DNA of 64,000 bases, taken from NCBI GenBank assembly GCA_963813535.1, contig CAWEZH010000002.1:640001-704000 (forward strand), given 5' to 3'. The translations under genes and the position numbers were made by a program. The notes under the pieces are model-generated. The model had not been told where the DNA came from. It made no database searches and saw only the letters and a program-made list of their open reading frames with translations. The DNA comes from an uncultured Chloroflexia bacterium (lineage in GTDB: Bacteria; Chloroflexota; Limnocylindria; Limnocylindrales; CSP1-4). Positions 30,451-40,838 of the stretch are shown in pieces. The stretch's first letter is position 1. The number at the start of each line of letters is the position of its first letter.

Positions 30451-32434
30451 ATGCCGTTCCCGCATGTCTTCGAGCCGCTGACGATCCGTCATCGCACGCT
30501 CCGGAGCCGGATCACGTTCGGGGCGCACACGGCGAACATGGCCGAGAACGGGCTGCCCGGCGACCGGCACATCGGCTACTACCGCGAACGGGCGCTCGGT
30601 GGGGCCGGGATGATCGTGGTGGAGCCACTCCCGGTGCACCCGACCGCGGTGCTGACGCGTGGCAACTTCCGGAACGACGACGCCATCGTCCCGCATCTCC
30701 GTCGGCTGACCGACGCCTGCCGCGACGCGAACGCCGATGTCGTGATGATCCAGCAGCTGTATCACGTCGGTCAGCACGGCGACGCCGACAACTCGTTCGC
30801 CCCGAACTGGTCACCGTCAGGGCTCCCCTCCTATCACGACGCGGATGGCAGCCACGCGATGAGCGAGGCGGACATCGACGCCGTCATCGACGGTTTCGTC
30901 GACTCGGCGAGGCGCGCACGAGACGCGGGCTTCGATGGCGTCGAGCTGTTCGGGGCCTACCACGGGCTGATCGAGCAGTTCTGGACGCCATGGTCGAACC
31001 GGCGCACGGACGCGTGGGGCGGCTCGTTCGAGGCGCGGATGCGCTTCTCGTGCACGGTGCTCGAGCGGATCCGCGAGACGTGCGGCGACGACTTCATCGT
31101 CGGCCTGGCGGTCAGCATCGACGAGCGTTCCGAGCCGACGCTGTCGATCGACGAGCTGTGCGAGGTGGTCGCGTGGCACGACCATCGGGGGTTGATCGAC
31201 TACGTCACCTGCGGCACCGGCTCGTACTTCGACTTCTACCCGATCATCCCGGTGTCGCTGTACGAGGCGAGGCTGGGGGTCCCCTACGCCGCCGCGCTCA
31301 AAGGCGCGGTGACGCGGGCCGTCGTGCAGGCCGAGAGCCACATCCGCACGCCAGAGGCCGCGGAGGCGGTCATCGCGGCCGGCGAGGCCGACATGGTCAG
31401 CATCGTGCGCGGGCAGATCGCCGATCCCGCACATGGTCGCCAAGGCTCGCGAGGACCGGGCCGACGAGGTCCGGCCGTGCATCTCGTGCAACCAGCTGTG
31501 CTGGGGTCGTCGATCGCGCGACTACTGGATCTCGTGCCTGGTCAACCCGTCCGCCGGCCGGGAGTTCCAGTGGGGCGGCGACCGCTTCGGTGCGTCAGAG
31601 GCTCCCAGGTCTGTGCTGGTCGTGGGCGGCGGGCCGGCCGGCCTGGAAGCCGCGCGGGGCGCCGCCGAACGCGGCCATCGTGTGACCCTGCTCGAACGCG
31701 ATGCCCGACTCGGTGGGCAGTTCCGCCTTGCCGGCCGGCAGCCGTCGCGCGGCCAGATCCTCGACCTCATCGCCTGGTACGAGCGCCGCCTCGACGCGCT
31801 CGGCGTCGACGTCCGACTCGATACGGAGGCGACGGTGGCGGAGGTGGCCGCGATCGGCGCCGACCTGACGATCGTCGCCACCGGGTCTCGGCCCCCAGGG
31901 ACCGGTTTCCAGCGTGCCCTGCCGATGGTCGACCGGCTGCCGGGTGCCGACCGCGACGACGCGATCTCGATCCACGACGCCCTGGCGGATCGCGGCCGCG
32001 TCGGTGAGCGCGTGATCCTCCTCGACGACCTTGGGGACTGGCGGGGTCTCGGGACAGCGCTACATCTCGCCGAAGGTGGCCACCACGTCACGATCGTCGC
32101 GTCGGGATCGGTGGTCGGCAATGGGCTCGCCCACAGCGCAGCGGATGTGCCGTTGCGCCGTCGGTTCGTGGAGGCCGGCGGCGAGATGCGGCCCGATACC
32201 GTCGTCCTCGGATGGGACGGCTCGGCGGCGACCGTTCGTTCGACGCTCACCGGCCGCGAGGACCGGCTCATGGCAGACACCATCGTCATCGCCGAGACGC
32301 CCGCACCGGAGACCGCCCTCCAGGACGCCCTGCGCGCCGAGGGCATCGCGTTCGAGGCGATCGGCGACTGCGTGGCGGCGCGGCGGGCCAGTCTGGCCAT
32401 CTACGACGGACGCGAGCTCGCGCTGCGCATCTAG
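30451..32434 (+). CDS. OYE-barrel/Fe-S flavin oxidoreductase (DgcA/HpbA/trimethylamine dehydrogenase-like), one frameshift near 31430
   Basis: ERALGGAG, GFDGVE, NRRTDAWGGS; after the shift CISCNQLC...CLVNP and VVGGGPAGLEAA. Confidence 0.88.
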
Positions 32435-32446
32435 GCGGCGCGTACC

Positions 32447-34009
32447 ATGGCGTCGACGATGGCGACACAGGAACTCGATCCCGCCACCCCCGTCCGTCGT
32501 GGACGCTCGGCTCGGCAAGCGGAACGCCTTGCCCGGGCGATGGAGACGCTCCCCTACCTGACCCGCAAGCTGCCCCCGGTCGAGGTGGTCTCGACCGATG
32601 GCCTCGAGGCGATCGAGCACAATGCCGACACGCTCCTCCAGGAAGTCGGCATCGAGGTCGTCAACTTCCCGGAGGCGGTCGAGATCTTCCGCTCGGCCGG
32701 CGCGGACGTGCAGGGCACCCGCGTCCGCTTCGAGCGCGGGATGTGCCGCGAGATCGTCCAGGCGTCCGCCCCACGCGTGTTCACCCAGATCGCGCGCAAC
32801 GCCGCGCGCAGCGTCGTCATCGGCGATCCGCACATGGTCCTCGTGCCGACGTACGGGTCGCCCTTCGTCCACAACCTCGACGACGGTCGGCGCTACGCCA
32901 CGATCGAGGACTTTCGCAACTTCGTGAAGCTGACCTACACGAGCACGACGCTCCATCACGGTGGCGGAACGCTGTGCGAGCCCACGGACCTGCCGGTCAA
33001 CAAGCGCCACTTCGAGATGGTCTACAGCCACATCCGCTATTCGGATCGGGCGTTCATGGGCTCGGTCACGCATCCGTCGCGGGCACAGGACTCGGTCGAC
33101 ATGGCCAAGATCGTCTTCGGGCCCGAGACGCTCGAGCGCGAGCACGTGATCATGGGCCTAGCCAACGCCAACTCACCGATGTCGTGGGACTTCAACATGC
33201 TGGGCTCGGCCAAGGTCTACGCCGAGAACAACCAGATCATGCTGATCACGCCGTTCATCCTGGGCGGGGCGATGGCGCCGGTCACCGTCGCCGCCGATGC
33301 CACGCAGACGCTCGCCGAAGCACTGGCCGGCATGGCCTTCTGCCAGATCGTCCGGCCGGGCGCGCCGGTCATCTTCGGTTCATTCGCGTCGTCGATGTCG
33401 ATGCAGACCGGGGCACCCACCTTCGGCACGCCGGAACCCCAACTCGTGCTGTTCGTCCTCGCAGCCCTGGCGCGCCGGCTCGGCGTCCCGTTCCGGAGCG
33501 GGGGCAACTTCACGGCCTCCAAGCTCCCCGACTACCAGGCCGCCTACGAGAGCGCGATCAGCTTCATGGCCACGATGCAGGCCGGCGTGAACTTCAACCT
33601 GCATACGGCCGGCTGGCTCGAGGGCGGGCTCGCCATCGGCTACGAGAAGTTCATGCTCGACGAGGACCAGGCCTCGATGACGGCGGCGTACATCGGCGGG
33701 GTGGACCTGACCGACAACGGGCTGGCGCTCGACGCCATGCTCGCCGGCGGACCCGGCCAGCATTTCCTGGGGTCGCCGCACACGCTCGCCAACTTCGAGA
33801 ACGCGTTCTGGCGTTCTGAGCTGTCGGACAACAACAGCTTCGAGCAATGGGAACTCAACGGCGCGCACGACGCCGCTGCCCGGGCCAACGCGCGCTGGAA
33901 GCAGCGACTGGCCGAGTACCAGCAGCCACCGCTCGACGAGGCCATCCACGAGGAGCTGCTCGCCTGGCTGGAGCGCCGGCGCGCGAGCTTCCCCGACTCG
34001 GACGTCTAG
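32447..34009 (+). CDS. mttB: Trimethylamine methyltransferase (MttB superfamily), pyrrolysine-free type
   Basis: PTYGSPFV, CEPTD, NSPM, TPFILGGAMAP, GAPTFGTPE, HTAGWLEGG; no in-frame TAG. Confidence 0.9.
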   Translation: MASTMATQELDPATPVRRGRSARQAERLARAMETLPYLTRKLPPVEVVSTDGLEAIEHNADTLLQEVGIEVVNFPEAVEIFRSAGADVQGTRVRFERGMCREIVQASAPRVFTQIARNAARSVVIGDPHMVLVPTYGSPFVHNLDDGRRYATIEDFRNFVKLTYTSTTLHHGGGTLCEPTDLPVNKRHFEMVYSHIRYSDRAFMGSVTHPSRAQDSVDMAKIVFGPETLEREHVIMGLANANSPMSWDFNMLGSAKVYAENNQIMLITPFILGGAMAPVTVAADATQTLAEALAGMAFCQIVRPGAPVIFGSFASSMSMQTGAPTFGTPEPQLVLFVLAALARRLGVPFRSGGNFTASKLPDYQAAYESAISFMATMQAGVNFNLHTAGWLEGGLAIGYEKFMLDEDQASMTAAYIGGVDLTDNGLALDAMLAGGPGQHFLGSPHTLANFENAFWRSELSDNNSFEQWELNGAHDAAARANARWKQRLAEYQQPPLDEAIHEELLAWLERRRASFPDSDV

Positions 34010-34018
34010 CACCCGCAG

Positions 34019-34975
34019 GTGGCCGCGCCGACCAAGCTGATCCTCGATGTCGATACCGGCACCGACGACGCGATCGCGCTCATGGTGGCAGCGCTCCATC
34101 CGGACATCGAGCTCGTGGCGGCGACCACCGTCAACGGCAACAACCCGGTCGCCTACTGCACGGACAACACGCTCCGGGTGTTCGACCTGCTCGACGCGCC
34201 GATACCCGTGCACGAGGGCGCAGCGTCTCCGCTGATCCGTGACGACTTCCCGATCCCCCGGGCCGTCCTGCACGCGGCCGGCAGCATGCACGGCCTCGAG
34301 CTGCCCATCCCCAAGCCGCGGTCCGTCAAACAGTCGCCCAATGCTGTGGAGTTCCTCATCGAGACGTACCTCGCGGCCACCGACGAGATCGTCCTGATGC
34401 CTGTCGGCCCACTCACCAACATCGCCCTCGCGATACGACGCGAGCCGCGGATCGTCGAGCGCATCCCCCGGGTGATCGTGATGGGCGGCGCGCACGACGC
34501 GGGCAACACCACGCCCTCCGCCGAATTCAACATCTGGGCCGATCCCGAGGCCGCGCAGGTCGTCTTCCGGGCCGGGCTCCGGGACGTGACGCTCATCCCA
34601 CTGGACGCCACCCATCGGGCACTGGTGTCAGCCGCGGACTGTGAGCGGCTCCGGGGACTCGGAACGCCTGCCTCGATGGCTGCCGCCGCGATCGTCGAGG
34701 AGCGGATCGCCGCGTACGACGACCTGCAGCCGATGGAGATCGCCCGCTCGGCACCGGTCCACGATGCGCTGTGTGTCGCGTATCTGGTCGACCCGGACGT
34801 CGTGACCGGTCGTCGCGTCCACGTCGACATCGAGACGAGCGGGGAGCTGACGGTCGGGCGGACCGTCATGGACACGCACGGACGCTTCGGTTCGGCGCCG
34901 AACGCCTTCGTCGCGTTCGATGCGGACGGTCCGCGGTTCGTCGAGCTACTGCTGGACGTCCTCGCCCGCTCGTAG
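34019..34975 (+). CDS. Nucleoside hydrolase (IUNH family)
   Basis: DVDTGTDD, GPLTNIA, MGG, AEFNIWADPEAA, HD. Confidence 0.92.
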   Translation: MAAPTKLILDVDTGTDDAIALMVAALHPDIELVAATTVNGNNPVAYCTDNTLRVFDLLDAPIPVHEGAASPLIRDDFPIPRAVLHAAGSMHGLELPIPKPRSVKQSPNAVEFLIETYLAATDEIVLMPVGPLTNIALAIRREPRIVERIPRVIVMGGAHDAGNTTPSAEFNIWADPEAAQVVFRAGLRDVTLIPLDATHRALVSAADCERLRGLGTPASMAAAAIVEERIAAYDDLQPMEIARSAPVHDALCVAYLVDPDVVTGRRVHVDIETSGELTVGRTVMDTHGRFGSAPNAFVAFDADGPRFVELLLDVLARS

Positions 34976-37045
34976 CGCGGTCTCTTCGGCGGCGACGATC
35001 AGCTCGCCGCCGCGGTCCTGCAGCCGGCGCAGCTCCTCGAGCGGGATGTGGCAGCTCATCAAGTGGCCGGGCTCGACCTCCGCCAGGGGCGGCTCGGTCA
35101 CCTCGCACAGACCCGGGATCATCCGCGGGCAGCGCGTATGGAACACACAGCCCGACGGCGGGTTGGCCGGGCTCGGCACCTCACCCTCGAGCCGGATCCG
35201 GGTGCGCGGTTCGCCATCCAGGCTCGGGACCGCGGAGAGCAACGCTTCCGTGTACGGATGGTTCGGGCCCGTGAACACCGCCTCGGACTCGCCCACCTCC
35301 ATGATCCTGCCGAGGTACATCACGGCGATCCGATCGGCGAGATAGCGCACCACGCCGAGGTCGTGTGAGATCAGGAGGTAGCTCGCCTTGCTCTGTACCT
35401 GGAGCTCGGACAGGACGTTGAGGATCGCCGCCTGCACGGATACGTCGAGCGCGCTCGTCGGCTCGTCGGCCACGACGATCCGCGGATCCCCGGCGAAGGC
35501 ACGCGCGATCGCGACCCGTTGCTTGAGCCCGCCGGACAGCTGGCGCGGCTTCAGGTCGAGATGGCGCTGCGTCAGGCGCAGCGACGACGCCAGCGTGTCG
35601 ACGCGCTCGGTCACGGCCTTGCCACGCAGCCCCGTCAGCTTCGAGACGGAGCGCGACAGGATGTTGCGGACCGTCCAGCCGCGGTTGAGCGCGGAGTCGG
35701 GGTTCTGGAACACCATCTGGATCGAACGCTTGTCGGCGGTCGGTCGGCTGGCGGTATCGCCGGCGAGCGCATGGTCATCGAGCTCGAGCTGACCGCCGGC
35801 GTCGGGCGTCTCGATGCCAAGGATGGTCTTGGCCAGCGTGGATTTGCCCGAGCCCGACTCGCCCACAAGCCCGAGCGTCTCCCCGTCGTGGAGTTCGAGG
35901 TTGATCCCGACCACCGCCGGGACATCGCTGCCCGACGAGTGGAAGGTCTTCGAGACACCGGTGATGTTCAGTGCGAGGTCACCCATCGGGATGGCGGCCT
36001 GACCCACACCGGCAGCTGGGGCCTTGAGCTCGCCGATCCGCTCCCAGTGGTGGCAGCGGGTCCATTGCCCGTTCGCCAGCTCGACCACCGGCGGGATGAC
36101 CTCGCGACACAGATCGGTTGCCAGCGGGCAGCGATCCACGTAGACGCATGTCGGCAGCGGCGTCCCGATCTGGGGCAGGGTGCCCGGGATCGTGGCCAGC
36201 GGACGCTCCGACTTGCGGATGCCGTGGCGCGGCAGCGATTGGAGCAGACCGACGGTGTACGGATGCTGCGGGCGCTCGAAGACGGTGACCGCGTCACCCT
36301 CCTCGACGATCTTGCCGGCGTACATGACCCCGACGCGATCGCACATCGTGCGGATGACGCCGAGGTTGTGCGCGATGAGGAGGACGGCGGCGTTCGTCTC
36401 GGCGACCAGCGAGCGGACGAGGTCGAGCACGCTTGCCTCGACGGTCGCGTCGAGGCCGGTCGTCGGCTCGTCGAGCACGAGGAGCTGCGGATCGCAGGCA
36501 AGCGCGATGGCGATGACGATCCGTTGCTGCATCCCACCGGACAGCTGATGTGGGTAGCGCTGGTAGACGCGCTCCGGGTCCGCGATGTGGACGCGTCGCA
36601 GCGCCGCCAGCGCACTCTCGCGCGCCTGATCGCCGCTCTGGCCGAGGATCGTGAAGGCCTCGGCCACCTGCGGTCCGACCTTGGTGGTCGGGTTCAGGGC
36701 CCCGCCCGGGTCCTGATACACCATCGACGCGTGGTTCGTCCGGAACTCGCGGACCTGCTCGTCGTTCATCTTCGTGATGTCGTCGCCGCCCACGAGGATG
36801 CGACCGCCGGTGATCACCGCATTACGGGGCAGGTAGCGCAGCGCCGCGTAGGCCGTCGTGGACTTTCCGCAGCCCGACTCCCCGACGAGCCCGTACGACT
36901 CGCCCGGCTTGATGTCGAAGCTCACGTTGCGCAGCACCGGGCGTCGGATGCCACGCACGACATAGGCCAGCGAGAGGTCCTCGACGCGCAACGCCGCAGC
37001 CTGCGGCGTGGTCTCCGGGGGCGGCGGGGCGGCTTCGACAGTCAT
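34946..37045 (-). CDS. Peptide/nickel ABC transporter, fused double ATPase
   Basis: Two GESG.GKS Walker A motifs, LSGG, DEPT, HPYT and Cys-rich oligo-HPY tails. Confidence 0.93.
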   Translation of the reverse strand: MTVEAAPPPPETTPQAAALRVEDLSLAYVVRGIRRPVLRNVSFDIKPGESYGLVGESGCGKSTTAYAALRYLPRNAVITGGRILVGGDDITKMNDEQVREFRTNHASMVYQDPGGALNPTTKVGPQVAEAFTILGQSGDQARESALAALRRVHIADPERVYQRYPHQLSGGMQQRIVIAIALACDPQLLVLDEPTTGLDATVEASVLDLVRSLVAETNAAVLLIAHNLGVIRTMCDRVGVMYAGKIVEEGDAVTVFERPQHPYTVGLLQSLPRHGIRKSERPLATIPGTLPQIGTPLPTCVYVDRCPLATDLCREVIPPVVELANGQWTRCHHWERIGELKAPAAGVGQAAIPMGDLALNITGVSKTFHSSGSDVPAVVGINLELHDGETLGLVGESGSGKSTLAKTILGIETPDAGGQLELDDHALAGDTASRPTADKRSIQMVFQNPDSALNRGWTVRNILSRSVSKLTGLRGKAVTERVDTLASSLRLTQRHLDLKPRQLSGGLKQRVAIARAFAGDPRIVVADEPTSALDVSVQAAILNVLSELQVQSKASYLLISHDLGVVRYLADRIAVMYLGRIMEVGESEAVFTGPNHPYTEALLSAVPSLDGEPRTRIRLEGEVPSPANPPSGCVFHTRCPRMIPGLCEVTEPPLAEVEPGHLMSCHIPLEELRRLQDRGGELIVAAEETALRAGEDVQQ

Positions 37046-37962
37046 TCGGCCAGGACCGACTGTAGCGAGTCGGCGATGAAGTTGATCGCGACGACGGTGC
37101 TCGCGATGGCGAGCGCCGGGAACAACGTCGGCCACCAGACGCCGGAGATCATGTTCGTGTACTCATCGGCGATCGTCAGGCCCCAGTCGGCCGACGGGGG
37201 CTGGATGCCGACGCCGAGGAACGACAGCGTGGCGACCGTGAAGATCGCGTAGCCGAAGCGGACCGTCAGCTCGACCACGATCGGCGGGAGCACGTTCGGG
37301 AAGATCTCCCGAGAAAGGATGAAGAAGCCCGACTCACCACGGAGCTTCGCCGCGGTGACGTAGTCGAGCTGGCGTTCGGACAGCACCGCGGAGCGCACCG
37401 TGCGCGCGACGATCGGCGCGAACAGGATGCCGACCACCGCCACGACGACGCTTGGCGACGGCCCGAGGACCACGAGCGCCAGCAGTGCGACGAGGATGAC
37501 CGGCAGGGCAAGGAACGCTTCGACCAGGCGGCTCAGGACATCGTCGATGGTCCCCCGGTAGTACCCCATGATCAGACCGAGAAGCGTCCCGGCGCCGACT
37601 CCGAGGAGCGCGGCCAGCGGCGCGATGATCAGCACGTCGCGTGAACCGACCATCACCCGCGACAGCACGTCACGGCCCAGGCGATCCGTCCCGAAGATGT
37701 GCAGTTCCGTCGTGCCCGTCAGCGTCGTGAGCTGGCCAGGGGGCTGGTGGTTCCGCGTGAAGTCGTTGAACGGGTCATACGGGGTGATCGCCTCGCCGAG
37801 GATCGCCGTGAGGATCCAGCCGACGAGCACGACGATGCCGATGATGAAGGTCGGTCGGCGAAGGAGGACGCGTAAGGTCTCGCGCCTGGCTTGGGCGCGC
37901 TCGGACACGTTGCTGGCCGCCACAGGGGCGATCGCGGGGCCTGGGGTGATCGGGACATCCAT
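37042..37962 (-). CDS. Peptide ABC transporter permease (DppC/OppC-like)
   Basis: FGTDRLGRD, YVTAAKLRG, LSFLGVG, WWP. Confidence 0.92.
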   Translation of the reverse strand: MDVPITPGPAIAPVAASNVSERAQARRETLRVLLRRPTFIIGIVVLVGWILTAILGEAITPYDPFNDFTRNHQPPGQLTTLTGTTELHIFGTDRLGRDVLSRVMVGSRDVLIIAPLAALLGVGAGTLLGLIMGYYRGTIDDVLSRLVEAFLALPVILVALLALVVLGPSPSVVVAVVGILFAPIVARTVRSAVLSERQLDYVTAAKLRGESGFFILSREIFPNVLPPIVVELTVRFGYAIFTVATLSFLGVGIQPPSADWGLTIADEYTNMISGVWWPTLFPALAIASTVVAINFIADSLQSVLAE

Positions 37963-38915
37963 CAGCGTTCCGCGTCGAGTCGGATCCGCGGATTCATCCA
38001 GGCGATGATGACGTCCGCAACCAGCGTGGCGAGCATATACACGATGCCGATGATGATCGCCCCCGCGGTGAGCGTCGGGATGTCCTTGCGTTGCGCAGCG
38101 AACAGCATCGTCTGACCCATGCCGTTGTAGTTGAAGATGCGCTCGACGGCGATGATCCCGCCGAAGAGGTACCCGATCTGGACCGCGATCACGGCAACGG
38201 TCGGGATCAGCGCGTTGCGCAACACGTGGCGGGCCATGGTCTGTCGAGTGGTAAGGCCCTTCATCGTCGCGGTCCGCGTGTAGTCCGACTGGAGGACCTC
38301 GATCGTGCCGGCCCGCGTCATGCGTGCGATGTAGCCGAAGTACACGATCGCCATCGCGAGGGCAGGCAAGAGGAGATAGCGCAGCTCGGTCAGGAAGTCC
38401 GCGCCGCGGGGAGCTCGCGCGGTCACCGGGAGCCAGCCCAGCTGGACGCCGACCACGACGATGAGGATCGTGCCGGTGACGAACTCGGGAATCGAAGACG
38501 AGGTGAGGCCGAGCAGGACGACGGCGCGGTCGGCCGGTCGGTCGCGTCGGCGTGCCGCGATCAGGCCGGCGACGATGGCGACCGGGATGGTGATGATGAG
38601 CGCGAGCCCGGCCAGCTTCGCGGACCGAGCGATGGCCTCCGCCAGTGTCGGCAGCACGGGCTTGTTGGTGACGAACGAATCCCCGAAGTCGAGAGTCACG
38701 AGCCCGACCATCGAATCGACGTACCGCTCGATGATCGGTCGGTTCGTGCCCAGCCGCTCGTTCAGCGCATCGACGCTCTCCTGCGGCGCGAACGGTCCCA
38801 GGATCGTGCGGCCGACGTCGTTCGGCAGGACGTTGGCGATGATGAAGACGATCGAGGCGAGCAGCCACAACGTGAGGAGTGACAGGAGCAACCTGCGCGT
38901 GATGAATCGTGCCAT
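37962..38915 (-). CDS. Peptide ABC transporter permease (DppB/OppB-like)
   Basis: DFGDS, DYTRTATMKGL, HVLRNA, NPRIR. Confidence 0.92.
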   Translation of the reverse strand: MARFITRRLLLSLLTLWLLASIVFIIANVLPNDVGRTILGPFAPQESVDALNERLGTNRPIIERYVDSMVGLVTLDFGDSFVTNKPVLPTLAEAIARSAKLAGLALIITIPVAIVAGLIAARRRDRPADRAVVLLGLTSSSIPEFVTGTILIVVVGVQLGWLPVTARAPRGADFLTELRYLLLPALAMAIVYFGYIARMTRAGTIEVLQSDYTRTATMKGLTTRQTMARHVLRNALIPTVAVIAVQIGYLFGGIIAVERIFNYNGMGQTMLFAAQRKDIPTLTAGAIIIGIVYMLATLVADVIIAWMNPRIRLDAER

Positions 38916-38957
38916 CGCGTGGCTCGCCCCATCCCCTCAGCTCGATGGATAGGCGAA

Positions 38958-38982
38958 GGCGACGGCCCGAGGGGCCGCCGCC
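38958..38982 (-). terminator. GC-rich hairpin between binding protein and permease genes (terminator or mRNA-stabilising)
   Basis: Minus strand GGCGGCGGCCC-CTC-GGGCCGTCGCC then TT. Confidence 0.5.
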
Positions 38983-38997
38983 CTCACGTGGTGCCCG

Positions 38998-40716
38998 TTA
39001 GGCGACCTGCTGTGTCGTTGCGAAGGACATCTGACCCAGGGCGCTCGAGAACACCCCGGTGAACTTGTTCGAGTTGCCGGCGAGATAGTTGTAGAAGTAC
39101 GGCACGCCGACCGGGATGTCCGTGTTCAGGATCGTCTCGATCTTCGTGCACGCCGCCTTCTGGGCATCGACGCCGATGGCCGCCTGGAACTCGGCGAACG
39201 CTGCGTCGAACTCCGACGAGTTGTACTGCGACGAATTCCAGATGCCCTCGCTCTTGAGCGCCGCGTTCAGGTAGACGTCCGGCGTGGCGCGGTGGCCGTA
39301 GTCGACGATGCCGAGCTCGGCGGCGCCGGAGCACGGCGGACTGGCGGGCTCGGCCGGGCACCACTGGGCGCCGTAGAACGTGTCGAGGCTCTCGACCTCG
39401 ACGTTGAGCGTGATCCCTGCCTCCGCAGCCTGGCTCTTGAGAAGCGCAGTCAGGTCGGGGATCTCCTGCAGGTTGCCGGCATGCAGGGTCGCGGTGAGAC
39501 CTTCGGCACCGGCCTCTGTGAGGAGCGCCTTGGCCCGGTCGACATCACGCGTCCGCTGCGCCACGGACGCATCGAAGTACGGGTAGCCCTGCCAGATGAC
39601 GTGGTCGTTGGCCACCTCGGCCCGGCCCTGGAAGAGCTGCTGGACGAGCGCCTCGCGATCCCAGGAGAGCGCCAGAGCCTCGCGGACCTTGGCGTCCGCG
39701 AACTGGCCCTTGTCGACGCGCATCCAGATCTGCCGATGCAGGGCGGCCGGTTGCGCGATGAGCGTGAAGTTCGGGTCGGTAAGCAGGGCCGCCCCGGTCA
39801 GGACGTCGAACTGCACGATCGCGTCGACCTGGTCGCCCTGGTATGCCGTGATCATCGGCCCGGTCTCGTCGAAGAAGATGAATTCCGTGCTGTCGAGGGG
39901 CGTCTGTCCGCCCCACCACTCCGTGTTGCGCTCGAACGTCGCGCCTTCCTGCTGGTTGTAGTTCGTCAACTTCCAGGGACCGGTCCCCGTCGGGCGAGCG
40001 TCAGCCGTCGTGCCGGCCACGTAATCCTTGGGCGTGATGACCGTCTGCGCGTTGTAGATCGAGACGAGGTACGGGAAGTTGCCGTTGGCGCTCTCGAGGG
40101 TCATCGTCACGGTCGTGGGATCGGTCGCGACCGCGCCACCCGCGGGCAGGACGCCCTTCAGGCCCGAATTGCCCGCCGCGACGAGCCGCTCCATCGTGGC
40201 GACCACGTCGTCCGCCGTCAGCGGCGAGCTGTCGTGCTGCCACTTCGCGTCGGGGTTGAGCTTGAACGTCCAGACGGTGCCGTCTTCATTCGCCTCCCAG
40301 CTGGCGGCGAGCGCCGGCGAGAGGCCGCCCGGATCGGCGGGGTCCGTGTTCTGGCCGCACAGGAACTCGAACGACTGGGCGACGATGCCGTAGCCACCGA
40401 GGTCCTGCATCGCCACCGGGTCGACCGACACGGGGCGCTGGATCGCGCAGCGGATCGTGCCGCCGGCCACGGCCGCACTTGCCGACGCGCTGGCGCCGGC
40501 GCTCGCACTGGGACCAGCCGAAGCCGGTGCGGCGCTTGGGGTGCCCTGGCCGCAGGCCGCGAGGACCAGGCTGACCGCGGGCAGCGACAGCCCGATGACC
40601 GACGCGCGCGTGATGAATTGACGCCGGGAGATCCTGCCGCTCGCGAACGAGTCGACGAGATCGAGCTCGATAGGCGTCGCCTTTCGACGCACGAGATCAA
40701 GCCGGGAATAGTCCAT
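38998..40716 (-). CDS. ABC transporter substrate-binding protein family 5, Tat/lipoprotein
   Basis: SRRQFI twin-arginine, LAAC lipobox, GTGPW; GGAGGA Shine-Dalgarno. Confidence 0.92.
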   Translation of the reverse strand: MDYSRLDLVRRKATPIELDLVDSFASGRISRRQFITRASVIGLSLPAVSLVLAACGQGTPSAAPASAGPSASAGASASASAAVAGGTIRCAIQRPVSVDPVAMQDLGGYGIVAQSFEFLCGQNTDPADPGGLSPALAASWEANEDGTVWTFKLNPDAKWQHDSSPLTADDVVATMERLVAAGNSGLKGVLPAGGAVATDPTTVTMTLESANGNFPYLVSIYNAQTVITPKDYVAGTTADARPTGTGPWKLTNYNQQEGATFERNTEWWGGQTPLDSTEFIFFDETGPMITAYQGDQVDAIVQFDVLTGAALLTDPNFTLIAQPAALHRQIWMRVDKGQFADAKVREALALSWDREALVQQLFQGRAEVANDHVIWQGYPYFDASVAQRTRDVDRAKALLTEAGAEGLTATLHAGNLQEIPDLTALLKSQAAEAGITLNVEVESLDTFYGAQWCPAEPASPPCSGAAELGIVDYGHRATPDVYLNAALKSEGIWNSSQYNSSEFDAAFAEFQAAIGVDAQKAACTKIETILNTDIPVGVPYFYNYLAGNSNKFTGVFSSALGQMSFATTQQVA

Positions 40717-40838
40717 GGTGCCTGTCCTCCTCGACCATGTGACGGGACCCGTGATGCTCCGCACCACCATCCAGCCGGACGGTCCGTGCTGGGGAACTCC
40801 TCCGGAAGCCGCCACGGTAATGGCGTGCACCCCTCGCG

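Noticed and set aside
31420-31440. Split of the flavin oxidoreductase into two genes
   Set aside because: Both halves join into one standard OYE/Fe-S/FAD protein with a single indel.
32447-34009. Pyrrolysine-containing methyltransferase
   Set aside because: No in-frame TAG and no pyl genes in the window.
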